Below are positions 1 through 9,085 of a stretch of 64,000 bases of DNA, piece by piece. Where the stretch lies: the NCBI GenBank assembly GCA_965204575.1, contig OZ241993.1, positions 1,241,674 through 1,305,673 on the forward strand, given 5' to 3'. Both the position numbers and the translations under genes were made by a program. Below the pieces are notes generated by a model. That model saw only the letters and a list, made by a program, of their open reading frames with translations, ran no database searches and was not told the origin of the DNA. Source of the stretch: an uncultured candidatus Porisulfidus sp. (GTDB taxonomy: Bacteria; Pseudomonadota; Gammaproteobacteria; Poriferisulfidales; Poriferisulfidaceae). How positions within the stretch are numbered: the first letter of the stretch is position 1; each line of letters starts with the position of its first letter.

Positions 1-241
1 TCTTGCCCATATCCACCCGTATGCCAGACTCCATCTTCTGCATATCGGTCCGTATGCCGGATTCCATCTTCTTCATATCGGCCCGTATGCTGGACTCCAT
101 TTCCTCCATATCGGTCCGCAGGACATATTCCATTTTTTCCATGTCGCTTTTCGTGGCCAAGTGGCGCTGGGCGTCATCAATGGCCTCAACCATGGCTCCG
201 GCCTGATCTTCGCTGAAAGTAGCAGCTTGCAGAGACTTCAT
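1..241 (-). CDS. DUF1640-like coiled-coil protein, N-terminal 80 aa (gene runs off the window start)
   Basis: Reverse-strand ATG at 241..239 reads MKSLQAATFSEDQAGAMVEAIDDAQRHLATKSDMEKMEYVLRTDMEEMESSIRADMKKMESGIRTDMQKMESGIRVDMGK, open to position 1. Absent from the ORF track because it is truncated. The + strand ORF 3..206 is its shadow frame. Confidence 0.55.
   Translation of the reverse strand, partial: MKSLQAATFSEDQAGAMVEAIDDAQRHLATKSDMEKMEYVLRTDMEEMESSIRADMKKMESGIRTDMQKMESGIRVDMGK
17..115. repeat. Three tandem 33-bp units encoding 11-residue repeats inside the DUF1640-like CDS
   Basis: ccgtatgccagactccatcttctgcatatcggt / ccgtatgccggattccatcttcttcatatcggc / ccgtatgctggactccatttcctccatatcggt. 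Positions 1..16 look like the tail of a further unit. Confidence 0.7.
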
Positions 242-249
242 GACCCTGA

Positions 250-1655
250 GTGATGGGATGGTTCGCCCCACTTCCTAAATCAGCCTTGGGCGGACACAAT
301 GAGGTTACCACTAACCATTGCGAAAGCAGGACGAACCCTATGAAAGCTACTATACCTGACTCCCGGATCGCTTATTTGGGCATTGATCTGGCCAAGCATG
401 TCTTTTACGCGTGCGGCATGACCGAGGCGGGCCGGGTGGTGCTGGAGAAGCGATTTACGCGCGCCCGACTGGAAAGGTTTACGGAGCAGTTGCCGCCGTG
501 CCGGGTCGGGCTGGAGGCCTGCGGCAGCGCGCACCACTGGGCGCGCCGGCTGATCGGGCAAGGGCACGATGCCCGGCTGATCTCGCCGCACTTCGTCGCG
601 CCCTTCGTGAAGTCGAACAAGAATGATGCGCGGGACGCGGAGGCGATCTGCGAGGCGGTCAGCCGGCCGACGATGCGCTTCGTCCCGGTGCGGTCGGAGT
701 CGGAACAGGCGATCCAGCACTGGCACCGGGCGCGGCAGCGGGTGGTGCGGAGCCGCACCCGCCTGGTCAACCAGTTGCGGGCGTTCCTGTACGAATACGG
801 ACAGGTACTCCCGCAGGGCGTCAAGGCGTTCCGGCGTCGGGTTCCGGAGCTTCTGGAAGACGGCGAGAACGGCCTGCTGCCGGAGGTTCGCGAGATGTTG
901 GCGGACGGTTACGAGGAGTTGCTGGGGCTGGATGCGCGGGAGGAGCAATACCGCGCCCGGATCCAGGTGCATGCGGCTTCAGAGGAAGCCTGCGAGCGGC
1001 TGATGGCGATCCCGGGAGTCGGGGTGCTATGCGCCAGCGCTCTGGTCATGAAGTTCCGGGACGGGGGCGACTTCCGAAACGGTCGAGAGGCGGCGGCCAG
1101 TGTCGGCCTGGTGCCGCGGCAGCACAGTACGGGCGGACAGGTCCGGCTGGGCGGCATCAGCAAGCGGGGAGACCGGTATCTGCGCACTCTGATGATCCAA
1201 GGTGCCAGCTCGGTCGTGCGGCTGGCGGAACGGAAAGAGGACGGCCGCAGCCGTTGGGCCTCTGACGTGAAGCGGCGTCGCCATCGCAATATCGCGGTGG
1301 TGGCACTGGCCAACAAGAACATCCGCATCGCCTGGGCTCTGCTCAGGAGCGGCGAAGCTTATCGGGAGGAAGTCTCTATGGCCTGAGGCTTCCCCCTGAA
1401 TCCCGGCGGCCACTGGCTGCCGATCGGTTGCAGGGAAGAAGCAGAACATGGCGAAACAGGTCGGACCGACGCGTCGGGAACCTGGTTGATAAACAGGCCT
1501 TCGAGGTCATCTCAGTGATGAGGCCGGCGCGTGCGGAACCCATGGGGGCCCGGGAGCTACGTTCTCCCGTCAAGAGGCCGGATATATGTTCGCACCCGAT
1601 CGATCGTCAAGGATGCTTCCCACTTGCAGGGAGGGGGCGAACCATATATTTATCA
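250..1655 (+). mobile_element. IS110-family (IS1111-like) insertion sequence; ends approximate
   Basis: Contains the DEDD-type transposase gene. A 12-bp inverted repeat (atggttcgcccc at 258..269, ggggcgaaccat at 1634..1645) brackets it. Left non-coding arm is short (about 80 nt), right arm long (about 250 nt). Confidence 0.55.
340..1386 (+). CDS. IS110 family transposase (DEDD N-terminal domain plus Transposase_20-like C-terminal domain)
   Basis: YLGIDLAKHVF, GLEACGSAHHW, KNDARDAEAI, then IPGVGVLCASALV and GLVPRQHSTGGQVRLGGISKRGDRYLR. The ATG at 340 is preferred over the track start at 250. Confidence 0.9.
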   Translation: MKATIPDSRIAYLGIDLAKHVFYACGMTEAGRVVLEKRFTRARLERFTEQLPPCRVGLEACGSAHHWARRLIGQGHDARLISPHFVAPFVKSNKNDARDAEAICEAVSRPTMRFVPVRSESEQAIQHWHRARQRVVRSRTRLVNQLRAFLYEYGQVLPQGVKAFRRRVPELLEDGENGLLPEVREMLADGYEELLGLDAREEQYRARIQVHAASEEACERLMAIPGVGVLCASALVMKFRDGGDFRNGREAAASVGLVPRQHSTGGQVRLGGISKRGDRYLRTLMIQGASSVVRLAERKEDGRSRWASDVKRRRHRNIAVVALANKNIRIAWALLRSGEAYREEVSMA

Positions 1656-1830
1656 AAATGTGGGGTATGAGGCGCCTCCGGTCTGTTCGCGCCGGGGGTG
1701 GCAACGGGCTCTTGAGTGCTGGATTTCAAGGACGTCTCTCCTTGACGAATAGATAGTGGGAGGAATTGCCCTGTTGAGAACATTCCTCGGGTTGGGAGGG
1801 ATGGTCCAGAAGAAAGTTGGAAAGGCAAGG

Positions 1831-1860
1831 AAAAATGGTCTGAATTTTTAGACCATTTTT
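1831..1860. terminator. Perfect 11-bp hairpin with A/T-tract flanks (bidirectional terminator-like)
   Basis: aaaaatggtct-gaattttt-agaccattttt. Lies in the AT-rich gap between the IS and the next gene. Confidence 0.4.
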
Positions 1861-2037
1861 ACTTATTGAAAATCAATAGGTTATGGATCGTTCCGGATAC
1901 CGCTCTCGGTCAAATTTGTTCAAATTTTCAACATTGTCATGGATGCGGGCATGGAGGGAGTTCCGGCCTTTGGCACTGTCATGTTCGCTTCCGACAGTCG
2001 CGGGGTATGATGGGCGAAAGAGGAGAAATTACGTCAC

Positions 2038-2448
2038 GTGTTCCGTTCCGCAATCGAAGCCGAAGACGCTTTCTACGAAGCATTCGCCCAGCAGGACGTC
2101 GAGGCCATGATGCAGGTGTGGGCGGAGGGCCGCCCGGTTTTCTGCATTCACCCAGGAGGTGATCTGCTGACCGGCCGGGAGGAAGTGGAGGAGAGCTGGA
2201 AACAGATCTTTGGGGCAGAGGTGCCATTCCATTTCGAGCTGGAATACCACTATCGCGAGGAATTCGACGGGCAATTCGCCATCAGCCAGTTAACGGAAAC
2301 CCTGTACCTGCGCCACCATGTCGTCGGCATCGTGCTGGCGACCAACGTCTATTGCGGCACGGACGAAGGCTGGCGAATGATCATGCACCATGCTTCGCCG
2401 CCGCCCGGTCCGGACGCACCGGAGTCCGGGGTGCCCGTCCTGCACTAA
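2038..2448 (+). CDS. SnoaL-like / NTF2-fold (DUF4440-like) protein
   Basis: 136 aa with GTG start. N-terminus IEAEDAFYEAFAQQDVEAMMQVWAEG is typical of SnoaL/DUF4440 proteins. GAGGAG lies about 13 nt upstream. Confidence 0.6.
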   Translation: MFRSAIEAEDAFYEAFAQQDVEAMMQVWAEGRPVFCIHPGGDLLTGREEVEESWKQIFGAEVPFHFELEYHYREEFDGQFAISQLTETLYLRHHVVGIVLATNVYCGTDEGWRMIMHHASPPPGPDAPESGVPVLH

Positions 2449-3614
2449 GGAGTCCGGGTCAGGGACTGGAGCCCTTTGCGGTAGTACGCCTGCGCGGCTT
2501 CGCCTTGGCCCATCCGTTCCAGGGTTTCCGCCAACTCCCGATACAGCAGGGCATCCCCGCCCTGTTTCTCGAGGGCTTCCAATTGTGTCTGGGCTTCGCG
2601 GTGTTGCCCGAGGCGGCTGTGCAGCCGGGCCAGGGCCCGCCTCAGAGAGGCCCGTTCGGGATCCTGCTTCAGCCACTTTCGAATCCTCACGATCATGTCC
2701 GGGGTGGCTGGGCCTGGCAGTGTCCCGTACAGTTCGATTGCCGCATCGTCGAGACTGGCATCCAGCAGCTTGCACAGGTGTGGTTTCAGTTCCGGGTGTG
2801 TCTGCCCGTAGTACCGCAGCCGCTCGGCGTAGGAGCGCAGGACTTCCGGGTCATCGCGCGCATCCCCGAGTTTCGGCCATAGGGCCTTGAGTTCCATGTC
2901 TGTGGTGTTTTCGCATAGGCGATGGGCGGCATCACGCAGCCATTGACGGGTTTCGTCTTGCGGCAGGTTCGAATGGCGCGACTGGTCCCGGCCCAGTTCG
3001 AATAGCCGCTCCCAGCTGTTCAGCTCCCGGTAGCAACGGGCAAGCTGGCGGAGAATTCGGGGGTGGTTCGGATTGTCGCCAGCCAATACCTGCAGGACAG
3101 CCAAGGCTTCTTCCCATTCTTCCGCGGCAATCAGGCCATCCGCTTTGAGCCAGGTGGAGGCCGCCTGGTAGTCGGGGTCGTCGATCGCGCGCAGGTGCCC
3201 GCTCCAGGCATCCCGGTCGTTGGATTGGACGCAGGCCGAGGCGGCCAGCAGGCGAAACAACGACTGCTTGGGCTCCGTCTTTGCCGCCTGCTCCAGGTTC
3301 TGCCGCGCGGCGTCCAGTCGGTTTTCCAGCATGTTGCGTAGCCCCTTTGCGAGCAGGTTGTCTGCACGTTCGTGCCGGCGGCGCCGGTGTCGCTTCCGGA
3401 GGCGCTGCGGAGTTTCCAGTGTTCGGGCCAGCAGCCATACCAGCACGAAAAGCCCGAGCATAATCCCGGTGCCGATCAGCAGGGCCATCAGGAGAGAGGT
3501 GTGGACCGTGAGGTCGGCGATATACACGATGACCTCGCCACCCTGGGTCTGGGCGAGCCAGGCCGCTAGGCCGGTCACCAGCAGCGCGACGAAAATCAAC
3601 ACCAGGATTTTCAT
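2445..3614 (-). CDS. hemY: HemY-like protein (HemY_N plus TPR-like C-terminal region)
   Basis: Two N-terminal TM helices, basic linker RKRHRRRRHE, helical-repeat C-terminus. Last gene of the hemCDXY chain, with a 4-nt overlap with hemX. Confidence 0.8.
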   Translation of the reverse strand: MKILVLIFVALLVTGLAAWLAQTQGGEVIVYIADLTVHTSLLMALLIGTGIMLGLFVLVWLLARTLETPQRLRKRHRRRRHERADNLLAKGLRNMLENRLDAARQNLEQAAKTEPKQSLFRLLAASACVQSNDRDAWSGHLRAIDDPDYQAASTWLKADGLIAAEEWEEALAVLQVLAGDNPNHPRILRQLARCYRELNSWERLFELGRDQSRHSNLPQDETRQWLRDAAHRLCENTTDMELKALWPKLGDARDDPEVLRSYAERLRYYGQTHPELKPHLCKLLDASLDDAAIELYGTLPGPATPDMIVRIRKWLKQDPERASLRRALARLHSRLGQHREAQTQLEALEKQGGDALLYRELAETLERMGQGEAAQAYYRKGLQSLTRTP

Positions 3615-4588
3615 TGGGTGAGCGGCAGCGTCCGGGTCAGTTGATCAAAATCGATGGAGGGGGGGAACGGGTGCTGCTCCCGGAGCGCTTCCAGGTCATG
3701 TTTCAGTGCGGGGTAACTGTTTTCAAGTGCCGGTTGCGAGAGCAGGTCAAGGGTGTGATCGAGAGATTGTGTGTAGGCGTCAGCGCGGTGGGATTGAAGC
3801 GCGAGGCGAGCCAAGTACAGTTCGGTCTGGGCCGCGTACAGAATCAGGACATGCTGATAGGCCGAGATGGTCTGCACGGCCTGCGGGGCGCCCTTTTTGA
3901 CCTCGATGTGCTCGTCAAACTGCTCGACGATGGAATCCCAGATTTTCTCCCAATTGCCAGTGGGCAAGACCTCGTTCTGGTGTTCGACCTCCGCCTGCAA
4001 TTGCGCAATCTTCTCGCTGAGCACCAGCCAGCTGCCGGTCAGGATGCGGTGCGCATGCTCCGCTTCTTCACCGCGGTAGCCCTCCAGGGTCGAAATCGCC
4101 TGGTCCACTTGTTGGATCAGGGTGTGGTAGTGCACCGGATCCAGGGAGTCGAGGACTTGGCGAGCTTGGCGCAGGGCACTCAGCGTCCCGAGAGAGTCCT
4201 GGAGGTAGTTCTGCTTGTATTGCGCGATCTGCAGCAGGAAAGCGAGTTCTTCAACCGGGTACTGGCGAGGATCGGGTGCGATCGAAATCGGAGCCAGTTT
4301 CTGCTGCAGGAGAGTCTCGTAGGCCGTGTATCGGATCCGCAACTCCTCCAGGAATTGATCCACCAAGGCTTGGGTTCGATACTGCTCCTCGGACAGGCCC
4401 GTCAGGCGCCGGTCGACTTCCATCAGGGCTTGGTGCGCCGACTGGTGAGTTTCGAGCTGGCGGTCGCGCAGTTCGAGGAAACGGGTCTGCGTGTCGGTCC
4501 ACAGCATATACAGCATGACACCGACCGCGATCAGGCCCAGCCAACCAGCGACGGTCAACAGGACACCCAGTCGCGTCGCTCGGCTCAT
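3611..4588 (-). CDS. hemX: HemX family membrane protein (uroporphyrinogen-III C-methyltransferase-like annotation family)
   Basis: Single N-terminal TM followed by a long helical region. Sits between hemD and hemY with 4-nt overlaps on both sides. Confidence 0.75.
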   Translation of the reverse strand: MSRATRLGVLLTVAGWLGLIAVGVMLYMLWTDTQTRFLELRDRQLETHQSAHQALMEVDRRLTGLSEEQYRTQALVDQFLEELRIRYTAYETLLQQKLAPISIAPDPRQYPVEELAFLLQIAQYKQNYLQDSLGTLSALRQARQVLDSLDPVHYHTLIQQVDQAISTLEGYRGEEAEHAHRILTGSWLVLSEKIAQLQAEVEHQNEVLPTGNWEKIWDSIVEQFDEHIEVKKGAPQAVQTISAYQHVLILYAAQTELYLARLALQSHRADAYTQSLDHTLDLLSQPALENSYPALKHDLEALREQHPFPPSIDFDQLTRTLPLTQ

Positions 4589-5361
4589 GAGACTATCTCT
4601 TCAGGCGGGAAATATGTTTTTAAAGCTTTGAACATAGCATCGTCCCCGGGGTTGTCGGCTATCCCCGGAAGGGCAGTGTAGCCGAGTTTCTGGCAGGCGG
4701 CAGCGATCCGTGCGTTGCCGGCGATCAGGCCGCAACCCATCAGGTCGTTCTTTTCTTCCGGCACGATGCATTCCCGAAGATTCTCGGCAATTTCGACACT
4801 GGTGACGCAGATGGCATCCGGGGGGCCGCCGGATGTTTCCTTGAGGGACAGCGCGCCGTCCGGAGGATTACGGCGGTAGACTTCCAGATACTGCACTTCC
4901 GCACCGCGATTGCGCAGTTCCTCGGCTAGCTTTTCTCGCCCGCTCTGTCCCCGGACAATCACAACACGGTGATGCTTCAGGTCTTGCAAGAAAGAGGTGG
5001 AAAGCAATGCTTCGCTGTTGTACGGGGGAGGGGCCACGATGCCGGGCTCCAGGCCGGCCTGCTCCAGCGCCGCCTCCGTGGCCGGGCCGATGGCGGCAAT
5101 CATGGAAGCGCGCCGGACGGTCTGCACGAGTTGATCCGAACCCGCGATCAGGCCACGCACGGCGTTGGTGCTGACGAAGACGACGAACGTCGCCTGTTCG
5201 GCCAGGGCTTGAGCGGTCGAATCCAGGGGAGTCAAGGCGATCCGGATCGCGGGGAAGTGGCTGACTTGCGCGCCTTGTTCGCGCAGACGTGCGGCCAGGG
5301 GCTCAACCTGTCCCTCGGGTCGGGTCAGGAGAATTCGGCGACCCGAAAAAGTACGGCTCAT
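4585..5361 (-). CDS. hemD: Uroporphyrinogen-III synthase
   Basis: 258 aa with HEM4-like sequence (RILLTRPEGQ...). Immediately downstream of hemC with an ATGA overlap. Confidence 0.8.
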   Translation of the reverse strand: MSRTFSGRRILLTRPEGQVEPLAARLREQGAQVSHFPAIRIALTPLDSTAQALAEQATFVVFVSTNAVRGLIAGSDQLVQTVRRASMIAAIGPATEAALEQAGLEPGIVAPPPYNSEALLSTSFLQDLKHHRVVIVRGQSGREKLAEELRNRGAEVQYLEVYRRNPPDGALSLKETSGGPPDAICVTSVEIAENLRECIVPEEKNDLMGCGLIAGNARIAAACQKLGYTALPGIADNPGDDAMFKALKTYFPPEEIVS

Positions 5362-6287
5362 GCGTAGCCTGCGACGCCCAGTTCAGCCAGGATGTCCGCA
5401 CCGCCTTGTTCCAGCAACTGTTTTGCGGCCATTGCGCCGGCAATTCTGGGCTCTCCTTCGGTCGCCGCACGCAGGATCAGGCTGCCGTCCGGGCGGGCGA
5501 GGCAGGCCTGGAGCTGGACTTCCTGGTCGCCGGTGCAGGCCGCGTGAGCGGCTAAGGGGACCTGGCAGCTGCCGGAAAGTGCACGGCTGACCATGCGCTC
5601 CGCAGTTACGGCGGCGGCAGTGGCCGGGTCGTGCAGCGCGCCCACCCAAGCCTGCGCGTGCGGGTGATCTTCGGCAATCTCGATTCCGAGTGCACCTTGG
5701 CCGATGGCGGGCAGGCACACCTCAGGTTCCAGGACCTGCGTGATTTGCTCGTCCAGCCCGAGCCGTTGCAGCCCCGCGCAGGCCAGCACGATGGCGTCGA
5801 AATCCCCTTCCTGCACCCGCTTCAGGCGGGTTCCGACGTTGCCGCGCAGGTCCAAAAACTGAAGATCGGGGAATCGTGCTTGCAGTTGCGCCCTGCGTCG
5901 CAGGCTCGATGTCCCCACGCGGCTGCCCGCAGGGAGTGCTTCGATCGTTTTGTGGCGAGGGGCGATAACCCCGTCCCGGGGGTCGGCGCGAGTGCAGATC
6001 GCGGCCAGCGTGAGGCCGGATGGAAGGTCCGCCGGCACGTCTTTCATCGAATGGACGGCCAGGTCGGCATCGCCGGACAACAGGCGATGCTCCAGTTCCT
6101 TGACGAACAGGCCCTTGCCGCCGAGCGCAGCCAAGGGATGATCCAGCATCTGGTCGCCCTCGGTCTGCACGCGCAGCAGTTCCGTGTGCAGGCCCGCTTC
6201 CCGGCTCAGTGCGTCGGCGACCAATTCGGCCTGCCGGACAGCCAGCGGACTGCGGCGGGTGGCGATACGGCAGAGGGGCGGACTCAT
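5358..6287 (-). CDS. hemC: Hydroxymethylbilane synthase (porphobilinogen deaminase)
   Basis: CRIATRRSPLAVRQAELV N-terminus and cofactor-Cys region SGSCQVPLAAHA. Start placed at the ATG at 6287, which forms an ATGA overlap with the upstream ORF stop. The track start at 6326 is an alternative. Confidence 0.9.
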   Translation of the reverse strand: MSPPLCRIATRRSPLAVRQAELVADALSREAGLHTELLRVQTEGDQMLDHPLAALGGKGLFVKELEHRLLSGDADLAVHSMKDVPADLPSGLTLAAICTRADPRDGVIAPRHKTIEALPAGSRVGTSSLRRRAQLQARFPDLQFLDLRGNVGTRLKRVQEGDFDAIVLACAGLQRLGLDEQITQVLEPEVCLPAIGQGALGIEIAEDHPHAQAWVGALHDPATAAAVTAERMVSRALSGSCQVPLAAHAACTGDQEVQLQACLARPDGSLILRAATEGEPRIAGAMAAKQLLEQGGADILAELGVAGYA

Positions 6288-6679
6288 GGGGTGAATTGGA
6301 TGGGCTGTTCCTCGGGCGCGTAGCAACGGTCACTGACAAACGCAATGTCCCAGCTGTCGTCCTGCCTCTGGCGATACTGGATCTGTTTCAGGTCGGGCAG
6401 GGAGGTGCAGGCCAGCGCCAGTGCAGTGGCGGCCAGCGAGTCGTCGCCGCGCTGCAGCGCCTGAGGAATCAGGCTCGCGGCCAGTTGCGCACGCTTGAGC
6501 GAATCCGGGCGGTCGTAGCGCACGCCGTCCACTTTGAAGCCTTCCTGCAGCTTTTCCTCCAACTGGGAAACTGCTTCGCGCTGAGCCGGGTTCATGGCAA
6601 TGGTTCGGTCCCAATACAACTCAAGATTGCCGTCGATCAGCACGGCGACCTTTTCGTCGAAACTTTTAGGTGAATCCAT
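6284..6679 (-). CDS. Hypothetical protein (131 aa), translationally coupled to hemC
   Basis: Open frame with GC-typical codon usage and a TGA overlapping the hemC ATG. No family recognised. Confidence 0.5.
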   Translation of the reverse strand: MDSPKSFDEKVAVLIDGNLELYWDRTIAMNPAQREAVSQLEEKLQEGFKVDGVRYDRPDSLKRAQLAASLIPQALQRGDDSLAATALALACTSLPDLKQIQYRQRQDDSWDIAFVSDRCYAPEEQPIQFTP

Positions 6680-6754
6680 GTCGGGTCAAATTCAAGCTGA
6701 ATAAGGATTTTACTTGCACAATCAACCCCATCATAAAGTAGTCACAATGTAGTC

Positions 6755-6783
6755 TTGAATGTTGATGCGTGTTGGGGCATAAT
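6755..6783 (+). promoter_or_regulatory. Sigma70-like promoter candidate for the phd-vapC operon
   Basis: TTGAAT (6755..6760), 17-nt spacer, CATAAT (6778..6783), about 47 nt upstream of the antitoxin ATG. Confidence 0.35.
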
Positions 6784-6829
6784 GGGTTTGCCAGATGCCT
6801 GTAGGGGCTAAACCTAGAGATCGCCCAAA

Positions 6830-7093
6830 ATGGAACTTGCTATCCGCGAAGCGAAGGCACGCCTCTCCGAGCTTGTCAGTGCCGCCCAAAGTGGGGAGCG
6901 CGTCGTGATTATGAAGTACGGCGAGCCGGTTGTTGAGTTGGTTCGTTGCCGAGGACGTGGTGGCATTGACTTCGAAAAATTGGAGGCGGCCCGAAAACGT
7001 CTTGGAATTTCAGGAAGCAGGGAAGGATGGCCCCAGGAATTCAATGATCCGAAGTTCAGCCGCCAAGTGCTCGGGCTTGAAGAAGACGACTAG
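6830..7093 (+). CDS. Type II antitoxin, Phd/YefM family
   Basis: MELAIREAKARLSELVSAAQSGERVVIMKYGEPVVELV is a typical Phd/YefM N-terminus. 87 aa, located 8 nt upstream of a PIN-domain gene. Confidence 0.8.
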   Translation: MELAIREAKARLSELVSAAQSGERVVIMKYGEPVVELVRCRGRGGIDFEKLEAARKRLGISGSREGWPQEFNDPKFSRQVLGLEEDD

Positions 7094-7101
7094 GAGGGCT
7101 G

Positions 7102-7521
7102 GTGCCAGCGCGCATCCTTCTTGACACTTCCTACCTATATTGGTTGATGGAATCCCCCGGAAGGCTTTCCTCTGCTGAGCAGGGGTTTTTAGCCGGTCAG
7201 AACGTTCGGCTGTACGTCAGTGCGGTGTCAATCTGGGAAATGCGGCTTAAATATCACGCCCGTGCCCCGTCGGGAAAGCGGAAAAGCCCTTTTGACCCAG
7301 ATAATGTCATGGCGATGCTTGAGGAACAAGGCGTGATTTTTCTGCCCATGACGGGGGCTCACGCTGCACGGGAACTCAAACCCCCGATTAACCACCAAGA
7401 TCCGTTCGACGAACTCCTCTTGGTTCAGGCCCAGGAAGAAGGCCTCAAGTTGCTGACGGCTGACCGAGAATTAAGTAATCATCCGCTCGCTGTCACGGCG
7501 CAGGATTTGCCAGACCAATAA
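7102..7521 (+). CDS. vapC: Type II toxin, VapC family (PIN domain)
   Basis: GTG start. ILLDTSYLYWL (first acidic residue), SAVSIWEM, DPFDELLLVQA, LLTADRE. 139 aa. Confidence 0.8.
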   Translation: MPARILLDTSYLYWLMESPGRLSSAEQGFLAGQNVRLYVSAVSIWEMRLKYHARAPSGKRKSPFDPDNVMAMLEEQGVIFLPMTGAHAARELKPPINHQDPFDELLLVQAQEEGLKLLTADRELSNHPLAVTAQDLPDQ

Positions 7522-7648
7522 GCATTCTTTCCGGTAGAAAGCGCCAGATTCTGCCAGAAGGCTCTTTTGTGTCCTTCCCCGAAGTGGTGGCTATTGCCAC
7601 GGAAAGGGGTTCTGTGCCGTAAAATACCGCCAAACCCATGAGGGCCAC

Positions 7649-9064
7649 ATGCCTGGATCTACAGCGAAACCCTGGGCTGGACGGTTCGCTCGGGCGACCG
7701 ACAGCGAGGTGGAAGCGTTTACGGCGTCCGTTCATTTCGACGGTTGCCTGTACCCCTATGACATCCAGGGGTCGCAGGCGCATGCCCGCGGGTTGCAGCG
7801 GGCGGGGATCCTGACCGAAGAGGAATGCAAGACTCTCGTCGAGGGCCTGGCACAGGTGCGCGCGCGCATTGACGCGGGCGAGGCTGAATGGGATCCGGCC
7901 CTCGAAGACGTACACATGAATATCGAAGCGATGTTGGTCGCCGAGGTCGGCGAAGTCGGCAAGAAGCTTCACACCGGGCGCTCCCGGAACGACCAGGTGG
8001 CCACCGACCTGCGGCTGTACGCCCGGGCCGCGCAGGCGCAACTGGATGCCGAGGCGCATGCCCTGCAGTCGGTCCTGGTCGAGCGGGCGGGGGCGGAGGC
8101 GGAAACCCTGATGGCAGGCTTCACCCACTTGCAGCCGGCGCAGCCGGTCACTCTTGGCCATCATCTTCTGGCCTGGTACGAGATGCTGAAGCGCGATCGG
8201 CAGAGGTTGGCGGAGGCGTTCCGCCGGACCAATACGCTGCCGCTGGGAGCGGCAGCCCTGGCCGGGTCTGGCTACCCGGTGGACCGGCAGTACGTGGCGG
8301 AGCTCCTGGGCTTCGATGCGCTGTGCGACAACTCGCTGGATGCGGTCAGCGACCGAGATTTCGCGGTCGAGACCTGCGCGGCCCTCAGCCTCCTGATGGT
8401 GCACCTGTCGCGGATGGCGGAGGAGATCGTCCTGTGGGCCAGCCCGGCGTTCGGGTGGGTCGATCTGCCGGACGAATACTGCACGGGTTCCTCGCTCATG
8501 CCGCAGAAGAAGAACCCGGATGCCCTGGAGTTGGTCCGCGGGAAAAGTGCGCGTGTCTGCGGGCACCTGCAGGCGTTGCTGATGCTCATGAAGGCGCAGC
8601 CCATGGCGTACAACCGGGACAACCAGGAAGACAAGGAGCCGCTGTTCGACAGCGTGGACACCGCATTGGCCTGCCTGTCGATCATGCGGGCGATGGTGCA
8701 GGCGATGGAATTCGACCGGGAGAGTCTGAAGGCGGCAGCGGCGGGAGGCTACTCAACCGCAACGGATTTGGCGGATGCGCTGGTGGCGCGCGGGGTCGCG
8801 TTCCGGGACGCGCATCACATCACCGGGCAGGTCGTGGCTCACGCAGTCGAGCGTGGCCTGACGCTGGATGCGCTGGACCCCGAGGAAGCCCGGCAGTTCA
8901 GCCCGGTCATCGACGCCGAACTGCTTGAATCACTGACGCCGGAACGGTCGGTCGCGGCACGCGGCCTGCACGGTGGTACGGCTCCCGATGCGGTACGTGC
9001 CCGGGCGACACAGGCGCAGGAAGAACTTGCGGCCGGGCCGCTGGCAATGCCGGAACAGCCGTAA
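7649..9064 (+). CDS. argH: Argininosuccinate lyase
   Basis: Fumarate-lyase signature GSSLMPQKKNPDALE. 471 aa. Confidence 0.95.
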   Translation: MPGSTAKPWAGRFARATDSEVEAFTASVHFDGCLYPYDIQGSQAHARGLQRAGILTEEECKTLVEGLAQVRARIDAGEAEWDPALEDVHMNIEAMLVAEVGEVGKKLHTGRSRNDQVATDLRLYARAAQAQLDAEAHALQSVLVERAGAEAETLMAGFTHLQPAQPVTLGHHLLAWYEMLKRDRQRLAEAFRRTNTLPLGAAALAGSGYPVDRQYVAELLGFDALCDNSLDAVSDRDFAVETCAALSLLMVHLSRMAEEIVLWASPAFGWVDLPDEYCTGSSLMPQKKNPDALELVRGKSARVCGHLQALLMLMKAQPMAYNRDNQEDKEPLFDSVDTALACLSIMRAMVQAMEFDRESLKAAAAGGYSTATDLADALVARGVAFRDAHHITGQVVAHAVERGLTLDALDPEEARQFSPVIDAELLESLTPERSVAARGLHGGTAPDAVRARATQAQEELAAGPLAMPEQP

Positions 9065-9085
9065 CTAACTGAAAAATAGGTTCTT

